Shown: positions 58,099-64,000 of the stretch, in pieces
Position numbering within the stretch: the first letter of the stretch is position 1
How the letters are laid out: each line of letters begins with the position of its first letter
DNA from: a virus
Lineage: Duplodnaviria; Heunggongvirae; Uroviricota; Caudoviricetes
Length of the DNA stretch: 64,000 nt
IMG/VR virus record: IMGVR_UViG_3300042881_003883
Span: 83,930 to 147,929 of that record
Direction: 5' to 3' (one strand)
Position numbers and translations under genes: made by a program
Notes under the pieces: generated by a model
The model's database searches: none
What the model was told of the DNA's origin: nothing
Seen by the model: only the letters and a program-made list of their open reading frames with translations

Positions 58099-58407
58099 AT
58101 GAAAACAAAATTCGAAATCTGGTTAGAAAATGTTAATACTGAGTTAGAAACTGAGTGGAACAATACCTTTACTCACAAAGCTTGGACTCCAATATTACCC
58201 AATAAAGGTAGTAAATTTATTAAAATGATGCATGGAACCACTGTTTGGGGGTTCGTATCAATGGTTGATGGTGAACACTTAGGAGCTCCAATCAAAAAAG
58301 GTGATTTAATGAAACCTGCTAGTTGGAGAGCCGCTGCTAAACATAGTAGAGGTAATATCTTTGATGGAACTGCTAAATATGGTATGTACGGACCTAAATA
58401 CCTATAA
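58099..58407 (+). CDS. hypothetical protein
   Basis: ORF after cassette F. Confidence 0.5.
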   Translation: MKTKFEIWLENVNTELETEWNNTFTHKAWTPILPNKGSKFIKMMHGTTVWGFVSMVDGEHLGAPIKKGDLMKPASWRAAAKHSRGNIFDGTAKYGMYGPKYL

Positions 58408-58408
58408 T

Positions 58409-58801
58409 ATGAACCAATTCCCTAACAATTTTCAAAAAGTTGTTAATTTTCTTAAAAACCAATCAATATCAGTTGAACTATCAAATAGTACCTGTTACAT
58501 TGGTAATTCTGATAATGCTAAAATTTACATTCATAGGAGATATAATCTAAATAAAAACGGATTGTATGCACTTTTACATGAAGCTGGTCACTTTTTACAA
58601 CCACATGGTAAGTATAGTGCTAACCACTATAAAAATGTTGATGATTGTGAACAACCTACCAAATTCAATATGTATCAGTTTATGAATGAAGTTGATGCAT
58701 GGGATAGGGGGTTAAATCTGGCTAATGAATTGGGTATTTTCATTAACAAAGAAGAATGGGGTAAGGAAAGGGAAATTGCATTGTTAACCTATTACGTTTA
58801 A
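58409..58801 (+). CDS. small HExxH zinc-metallopeptidase-like protein
   Basis: LLHEAGHFLQPHG (HExxH). Track start 58361 (TTG) overlaps the upstream gene; ATG 58409 is preferred. Confidence 0.5.
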   Translation: MNQFPNNFQKVVNFLKNQSISVELSNSTCYIGNSDNAKIYIHRRYNLNKNGLYALLHEAGHFLQPHGKYSANHYKNVDDCEQPTKFNMYQFMNEVDAWDRGLNLANELGIFINKEEWGKEREIALLTYYV

Positions 58802-58805
58802 ATCT

Positions 58806-59306
58806 ATGAGAGAGTATATTTTAAGTTATTTACCACAGGTTGTTGAGGAAGCTAATAACAGATTCAAAATTTTCAAATCTGTTGTGGATTATGGTTCCCT
58901 ATCTACTAAGTTGAAATCGGAACTGATATCCAATATGTTAGAAGCATCATTTTCTAAGGTGGTTCCTGAGGTAATATCCCCATTTTCCGATGGTGAACCT
59001 GACCTTTATGTGAAAGGTACCGCATTGGAGATTAAAACCGCTAAAACTACCCATATTTGGAGGGGTGGTGAGTTTTCTAAGAGGGAATCGGACTACCTAT
59101 TGGTATCCTACGATGATTCTGGGGCTGACCTTAAGTGGTTCTTTATACACACCTATCTAATGGAATCCGATTGGAAATCATCAGGAAGCGATTCCTATTA
59201 CGCTACAACGATAGATTTAAACTATGTGATGGAAACCAAAGAATATCAGATTCTTATGGGTAAAATTCAGAAAAAAAGGGTTAAAAATCACTTAATTTGT
59301 TGTTAA
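58806..59306 (+). CDS. hypothetical protein
   Basis: ORF. Confidence 0.5.
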   Translation: MREYILSYLPQVVEEANNRFKIFKSVVDYGSLSTKLKSELISNMLEASFSKVVPEVISPFSDGEPDLYVKGTALEIKTAKTTHIWRGGEFSKRESDYLLVSYDDSGADLKWFFIHTYLMESDWKSSGSDSYYATTIDLNYVMETKEYQILMGKIQKKRVKNHLICC

Positions 59307-59310
59307 AAAT

Positions 59311-59358
59311 TTGGAAATACCAAATATTATTCGTATATTAGACATATAATTAAGAGAT
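59311..59358 (+). promoter_or_regulatory. repeated promoter-leader cassette, truncated copy G
   Basis: CAAATATTATTCGTATATTAGACATATAATTAAGAGAT then ATG 59359. Confidence 0.5.
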
Positions 59359-59772
59359 ATGATATTAACTAAGGAGTTGGAAAAGTTTATTAATAGTAAG
59401 TTAAAAAAGGTTGCTAAACACTATGGATATAGTAATTTTCAATCAACTTTACCTTATTTGGAAATTATAAAATCGGATGAAATTTGGGCCGATGATGATT
59501 TGGAATTTTATGGTTCAACTACAAAGTCAAAATCTGAAGAGGATAAAGAATTGAAAGGTTGGTATGAGAGTATGGATAATACACTTACTATTGTAATTGA
59601 TAATGTAAAAAATAGGAGAGATTTGGTAAGGACAATCATTCACGAATATCAACATTATTTACAATCACCCTGTTGGATGAGTAGGTATTATAATATGGGT
59701 TATGAATATTCAAACCACCCATATGAAGTTGCAGCATACGCTGAGGAAAATAACTATAAAATGTTTATGTAA
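59359..59772 (+). CDS. small HExxH metallopeptidase-like protein (SprT/WLM-like)
   Basis: IIHEYQHYLQS (HExxH) and downstream conserved aromatic-rich segment. Confidence 0.5.
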   Translation: MILTKELEKFINSKLKKVAKHYGYSNFQSTLPYLEIIKSDEIWADDDLEFYGSTTKSKSEEDKELKGWYESMDNTLTIVIDNVKNRRDLVRTIIHEYQHYLQSPCWMSRYYNMGYEYSNHPYEVAAYAEENNYKMFM

Positions 59773-59773
59773 T

Positions 59774-59968
59774 ATGATACAAAAATTAATACAAAAGATT
59801 GAATCAAAGATTCTAACAAAGTTATTCATGCGTTGGGTGGATAAAGAATGGGATTTGGAATTATTGCAAATGACCGGAGGTATGATTTCAGCTAGAGAAA
59901 CTGAAATTAAATCATTAATTGACATGGCCACTCGTAAAGAGGTTTATGGATTTAAAAGATACGATTAA
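59774..59968 (+). CDS. hypothetical small protein
   Basis: ATG 2 nt after the upstream stop; track ORF 59702 overlaps the upstream gene. Confidence 0.45.
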   Translation: MIQKLIQKIESKILTKLFMRWVDKEWDLELLQMTGGMISARETEIKSLIDMATRKEVYGFKRYD

Positions 59969-60177
59969 TGTTTTACAATAGACAATTTATCCATATGGGT
60001 AATGAGATGTTTGTTGTAAAACGAACATTTAAAGGAGAAAAGTTTGAGAAGGTAATGCAGAAATTCACATCAAAAGAAATATGTGAAGCTTACCATTGTG
60101 AAAAAATACTAAAAGGTAAGGATGGGCTGTTTTATTTATGTGATAAAGTAGATGATGCCCAAGTTATTAACAAATAA
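59968..60177 (+). CDS. hypothetical small protein
   Basis: ORF. Confidence 0.45.
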   Translation: MFYNRQFIHMGNEMFVVKRTFKGEKFEKVMQKFTSKEICEAYHCEKILKGKDGLFYLCDKVDDAQVINK

Positions 60178-60195
60178 ATGTTGATAACTTTTTTG

Positions 60196-60288
60196 AAAAT
60201 AATTGAAAAAAGGCTTGTAGGTCTCAATTATTTTACTTATATTTGGTTATAAGATTAAGAGATAATTAAACCCCTAAAATTGAAAAAT
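60196..60288 (+). promoter_or_regulatory. repeated promoter-leader cassette, copy H
   Basis: GAAAATAATTGAAAAAAGGCTTGTAGGTCTCAATTATTTTACTTATATTTGGTTATAAGATTAAGAGATAATTAAACCCCTAAAATTGAAAAAT. Confidence 0.6.
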
Positions 60289-60576
60289 ATGAAAAGTAAA
60301 GTAATCACATTAAGTACGGAACCATTAGAATCAACTGTTCGTTATAAGAATTGTGTAATAGTTCCTGCTGGAAATGAGAAGTTTCCATCATTAGTTGAAA
60401 TTGAAAAAGCACCAGTTCGATTAGGTGTTAAAGGTAAAAAGTTCATTAACGCTATGAAGGCTCAATTAACCATTGATGCTATCGGAGCTGAGTTGATGAT
60501 TGGTGGTGGAGTTAAGAAAGTTAAAGAGGAGTTAGATAGTATTGGATTCATAATGGCGCAAGATGCAGCTTTTTAA
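60289..60576 (+). CDS. hypothetical protein
   Basis: Track start 60280 is a TTG inside the leader; ATG 60289 preferred. Confidence 0.5.
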   Translation: MKSKVITLSTEPLESTVRYKNCVIVPAGNEKFPSLVEIEKAPVRLGVKGKKFINAMKAQLTIDAIGAELMIGGGVKKVKEELDSIGFIMAQDAAF

Positions 60577-60907
60577 TCCCGAAAACGAACTAACCCAAAC
60601 CCAACTTGATGAGTTGGCTAAGGAAAACTTCGATTCCTTTTTACAATATTTGGATGAGAAGGCAGCCTATTTAAAACAATTCACTAAACCATTAGGTCAA
60701 TATCACACAAAGAACTTTGCCTCTTTATCCAAAGGTGGTGAATTAACTGATAAGGAATTGAAGAGAGCTAAAGAAATTGGAAAAGAAGGTGATGATGAGA
60801 TAGCTCGTAGGATAGCTGAAGCAGCTGAGAAATTAGGAGATGACCCTAAGTATAGGGATGAAGGTATTAAAAACTTAAAAACCAACCGCAGACAGTGGTT
60901 CGATTAA
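60563..60907 (+). CDS. hypothetical protein
   Basis: ORF. Confidence 0.5.
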   Translation: MQLFNPENELTQTQLDELAKENFDSFLQYLDEKAAYLKQFTKPLGQYHTKNFASLSKGGELTDKELKRAKEIGKEGDDEIARRIAEAAEKLGDDPKYRDEGIKNLKTNRRQWFD

Positions 60908-60908
60908 T

Positions 60909-61097
60909 ATGAGTATGACTTGGCAATATAGAGAAATGGGAAGTAGGAATAAAAAGACTGGAAAGTTATCCTACTATAATGTTACAGTAACCGATTGGAA
61001 AATTACCAATTGTGAATGTTCAGCTCGTTCATTCAATAGATACACACCATGTAAACATATGAAATCAATACATCAGAAATTAGGACACTCCTTATAA
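60909..61097 (+). CDS. SWIM-type zinc-finger small protein
   Basis: CECSARSFNRYTPCKHM (CxCxnCxH). Confidence 0.5.
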   Translation: MSMTWQYREMGSRNKKTGKLSYYNVTVTDWKITNCECSARSFNRYTPCKHMKSIHQKLGHSL

Positions 61098-61107
61098 TAA
61101 AATTTAA

Positions 61108-61335
61108 ATGAAAGCAAAATTACAATTCAATTTACCCGATGATGAACATGAATTCCAAATGGCAATTCAGGGGGCATCAATGCACTCAGTACTTTGGGAA
61201 ATGGACCAATGGTTACGAGCACAATACAAATATATGTCAGATGCTGAATATAGTGAGGATGCTTACAAAGCATATGAAACGGCTAGAAGTAAACTCAACG
61301 AATTTATGAACGATGAAAATATAAGTTTCGATTAA
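61108..61335 (+). CDS. hypothetical small protein
   Basis: ORF. Confidence 0.45.
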   Translation: MKAKLQFNLPDDEHEFQMAIQGASMHSVLWEMDQWLRAQYKYMSDAEYSEDAYKAYETARSKLNEFMNDENISFD

Positions 61336-61724
61336 TGGAAATGCAACTAATATCAACCCATCCAATTAAGAAAGCTGATTTGGGGTTTCATGCAAATCTA
61401 TTTGGTGGCAAACTTTTAGCATGGATTGATGCTGCTGGTGCCGCTATGGCAATGGAAGTATGTGATACACCCAGAATAGTGACTGTAAAAATTGATGAGT
61501 GTTTATTTAAAAGACCCGCTAAAGAAGGGCAACTTCTAAAAATATATGGAAGAGTAAAGGAGATAGGGAATACTTCTTTAACTCTAATGTTAGAAGCTAG
61601 AGCACATAATGTATATTCGGGTCAGCAAACCATAATCCTATCAACTAACATTAAATTTGTAAGGATTGATGAAAGCAACGAACCCATTCCTATTTCAGAT
61701 AGAGTTAAATTAAAATATAAATAA
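61335..61724 (+). CDS. acyl-CoA thioesterase (hotdog fold, YciA/4HBT-like)
   Basis: HANLFGGKLLAWIDAAGAAMAMEV, typical hotdog thioesterase N-terminal region. Confidence 0.7.
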   Translation: MEMQLISTHPIKKADLGFHANLFGGKLLAWIDAAGAAMAMEVCDTPRIVTVKIDECLFKRPAKEGQLLKIYGRVKEIGNTSLTLMLEARAHNVYSGQQTIILSTNIKFVRIDESNEPIPISDRVKLKYK

Positions 61725-61747
61725 TTAGGATATATCGAATTAATTTC

Positions 61748-61755
61748 GTATATTT
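61748..61755 (+). promoter_or_regulatory. -7 promoter box TATATTTG
   Basis: AATTAATTTCGTATATTTG; 20 nt upstream of ATG 61776. Confidence 0.55.
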
Positions 61756-61775
61756 GTATAAATAAAAATAAAATT

Positions 61776-62117
61776 ATGAATAAGTTAAAGCAATACCAAA
61801 AACAAATCGTTACCTTTATTACAATATTTTTATTGGTAACATATGGAATCTTTCCAGCACTAACAGCAGCTAATACCCTTTTAAACATCGTAGGATTTGT
61901 GGGTTTAGTATTATTATCATTCTGGGGTTTATTGGAATTAAAAGAGTTAATAACATCAAATGAAGGTGGACTGGTTGATAAAGAGGAATTAAAGGAAGCT
62001 GCTAAGATGGCCGCTAAACCTAAAACAAAACGTAAACCAAAGGTAACTAAATCGGAACATCCGTTACCACCACACAGTACAACTGTGAAAACATCTAAAC
62101 CAAAACCAACAAAATAA
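61776..62117 (+). CDS. two-TM membrane protein with Lys/Pro-rich C-terminal tail
   Basis: Hydrophobic helices IVTFITIFLLVTYGIFPAL and IVGFVGLVLLSFWGLL; precedes the SPFH gene. Confidence 0.55.
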   Translation: MNKLKQYQKQIVTFITIFLLVTYGIFPALTAANTLLNIVGFVGLVLLSFWGLLELKELITSNEGGLVDKEELKEAAKMAAKPKTKRKPKVTKSEHPLPPHSTTVKTSKPKPTK

Positions 62118-62118
62118 T

Positions 62119-63051
62119 ATGGCAAGTTATGACAGATGGGGTAATAGATTATCACCAGAACAAGAACAATTAATAGAACAAGAAAAATTAAATAAACAAT
62201 TAAAAATTAAACAAATGGTAAAGAGAATTTTAATCGGAGTAGGAGTATTTATTGGATTAGCAGTATTATCACAATCGTGTGAAAGAATTGATGCTGGGCA
62301 CGTTGGTGTAAAAGTTAATCAGTATGGTGATAACAAAGGAGTTGATGATGTAACGGCAGTTACTGGTATGGTATTTTACAATCCAATCACAACTAAGGTG
62401 TATGAGTTTCCAACATTCATTCAGCACAAAGAGTATAAGAAAACTGAAGATGTTGACAATTCATTTATTGTAAACTCAAAAGATGGTTCTGAATTTTCAG
62501 TATCACCAATTATGAACTATTCAGTACAAAGGGATAAAGTTCCGGCAATCTTCGCTAAGTATCGTAGACCATTGGAAGATATTGAAGAAGGTTTCTTAAA
62601 AACGGCAGTGTATGATGCATTCCGTTTGGCAACCAATAAATATACGGCTGATGAGTTGATTAGTAATAGAGCAATATTCGAAATTGAAGTTCGTAGATTG
62701 TTAGATGCTCAGTTATTAAAAGAGGGATTTGTTATCAATCAATTCACATCTAACTTAATATATCCTGAAACATTCAAACGTTCAATTGAAGCTAAGAACA
62801 ACGCAGTTCAATCAGCACTGAGAGCAGAGAATGAAGTTAAAACCGCAGAAGCACAGGCAAAAATCAAAGTAGCAACCGCAAATGGTAACGCTCAGGCAAT
62901 GTTAACCGCAGCAAAAGCTGAAGCTGAAGCAAATAGAATGAAGCAAGTTACATTAACACCATTGTTATTACAATTAGAGTGGATTAACAAATGGGATGGT
63001 AAGTTACCTGTTTATGGAACAGCACCTCAATTGTACAAAGGAATGAACTAA
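62119..63051 (+). CDS. SPFH/band-7 (prohibitin/HflC-like) membrane protein
   Basis: N-terminal TM, then SPFH core ...VGVKVNQYG...; coiled-coil Ala/Glu-rich C-terminus. Confidence 0.75.
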   Translation: MASYDRWGNRLSPEQEQLIEQEKLNKQLKIKQMVKRILIGVGVFIGLAVLSQSCERIDAGHVGVKVNQYGDNKGVDDVTAVTGMVFYNPITTKVYEFPTFIQHKEYKKTEDVDNSFIVNSKDGSEFSVSPIMNYSVQRDKVPAIFAKYRRPLEDIEEGFLKTAVYDAFRLATNKYTADELISNRAIFEIEVRRLLDAQLLKEGFVINQFTSNLIYPETFKRSIEAKNNAVQSALRAENEVKTAEAQAKIKVATANGNAQAMLTAAKAEAEANRMKQVTLTPLLLQLEWINKWDGKLPVYGTAPQLYKGMN

Positions 63052-63146
63052 CATCGTTATATTCATAAAACAAAGAAATCTCATATTTATACTAAACATA
63101 TAATATGGGATTTTTTGTTTTTAGTATAATCAATTTATAAGTAAAT

Positions 63147-63680
63147 ATGACAATACCAGCATCAGGACAAATAGCAATGTCTGCAATTAATACAGAATTA
63201 GGACGTTCAGCCACTGCTCAAATATCATTGGATGCAGCAGAGAATGGAACATATGCTACTATTAATGTAAACAGCACTTTTAGACCAAATGGAGCCAACC
63301 CAGCAGCAATGTCAGAGTGGCGTAAATATAACCATTCAGCTTTACCACTTGTTACATCACAAAATATATATTGGGAACACTTTAGAGGGGGGCCAACTGG
63401 AGGGGGCATGCGAATATACAAAAATGGTTCAATTGTAGTTAATAATCCAGCTGCTCTACCACAGGTAAAAATTGGAAATTTCACCGCTAATCCATCTGAT
63501 GTTATTCTGGTACAGGTTTTTGAAGCCTTAAAAACCCCCGATTATTGTGAAATTGTTGTAACTTCTGACAATTTTAATTATGTCGATTTCCAGTATGATT
63601 CCGACATGTCGCTTACTTTCACTGTACAAGTACCAGATGGTGATTATTTGATACAGACAAGACAAGACCCATTCATTTAA
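63147..63680 (+). CDS. hypothetical protein (possibly structural)
   Basis: ORF. Confidence 0.5.
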   Translation: MTIPASGQIAMSAINTELGRSATAQISLDAAENGTYATINVNSTFRPNGANPAAMSEWRKYNHSALPLVTSQNIYWEHFRGGPTGGGMRIYKNGSIVVNNPAALPQVKIGNFTANPSDVILVQVFEALKTPDYCEIVVTSDNFNYVDFQYDSDMSLTFTVQVPDGDYLIQTRQDPFI

Positions 63681-63692
63681 ACTAAGTAAAAA

Positions 63693-64000
63693 ATGATAAA
63701 TAAACAATTATTATTAGATAATCAAATTGAGGGTGTACTTGGTAAATCATTAACATCAGTTATAGAAAAAAATGGATACAAAATACAAATGAATAATGAT
63801 TTTAATTATTTAGAATTAATAAATCCAGATGGTAAACTATTATTAGATGATGTACCAAATTATATTACGGAATATTCACCTGAATTATTAGATAAGGAAT
63901 TTACTTCAATCTTAATTGGTGGATTAGGACTTGGTGTAATACCATTCGTGGTGCAGGATTTTTGCACCACTATTGATGTAATTGAAATTAATACTGATAT
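63693..64000 (+). CDS. 3'-partial ORF with Rossmann/SAM-methyltransferase-like motif
   Basis: ILIGGLGLGVIPFVVQDFCTTIDVIEI resembles MTase/spermidine-synthase motif I (GxGxG ... acidic residue at strand end); runs off the window end. Confidence 0.4.
   Translation, partial: MINKQLLLDNQIEGVLGKSLTSVIEKNGYKIQMNNDFNYLELINPDGKLLLDDVPNYITEYSPELLDKEFTSILIGGLGLGVIPFVVQDFCTTIDVIEINTD

Overview
This window reads as a 64 kb segment of a large, AT-rich (~31% GC) tailed-phage genome. All confident genes lie on the + strand, and every minus-strand ORF in the track sits inside a + strand gene. Many genes are preceded by the Bacteroidetes sigma-A -7 box TAnnTTTG (mostly TATATTTG), which points to a Bacteroidetes (Flavobacteriia-like) host. 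Recognisable genes: an RFC/gp44-like clamp-loader ATPase, a Cas4-like PD-(D/E)XK nuclease, an ATP-dependent DNA ligase, a beta-class DNA methyltransferase, thymidylate synthase, an HNH endonuclease, a secreted DRGH-type non-specific nuclease, P-loop kinases, ribosomal protein bS21, GroES/GroEL, an SPFH/band-7 protein with a hotdog thioesterase, a CobT-like VWA protein with a CobS-like AAA ATPase, a heme oxygenase adjacent to a ferredoxin-dependent bilin reductase, and a 2.5 kb Ser/Thr-rich repetitive tail-fiber gene. The window contains no capsid, portal, terminase or endolysin gene. The strongest candidates for undescribed biology: (1) a ~15 kb glycan-biosynthesis locus (3.6-18.4 kb) with at least six glycosyltransferases, a WecB-like UDP-GlcNAc 2-epimerase, a compact DegT-like aminotransferase, a GNAT, an FkbM methyltransferase, a HAD-phosphatase/nucleotidyltransferase fusion and several unknown paralogs, plus a satellite cluster at 29.8-33.2 kb (GDPD, Nudix, cupin, sulfotransferase-like) near a degenerate APS-kinase homolog. 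(2) A family of at least seven proteins in two clusters (22.3-24.4 kb and 42.9-44.9 kb) sharing an N-terminal MI(K/Q/S)L(K/N)xL(I/L)xE motif that resembles T4-type capsid-targeting sequences with (L/I)xE prohead-protease sites. (3) An ~65-95 bp promoter-plus-leader cassette (cTTGTTTATATCAGgAATTATTCGTATATT...TAAGAGATAATTAAACCCCTAAAAt-ATG) present 8 times in two clusters (34.1-37.0 kb and 57.6-60.3 kb), which looks like a dedicated regulon and possible recombination scaffold. The 41.4-44.9 kb stretch is a compositional island (GC up to ~50% locally, CCGG-rich) and contains a possible -1 frameshift site.
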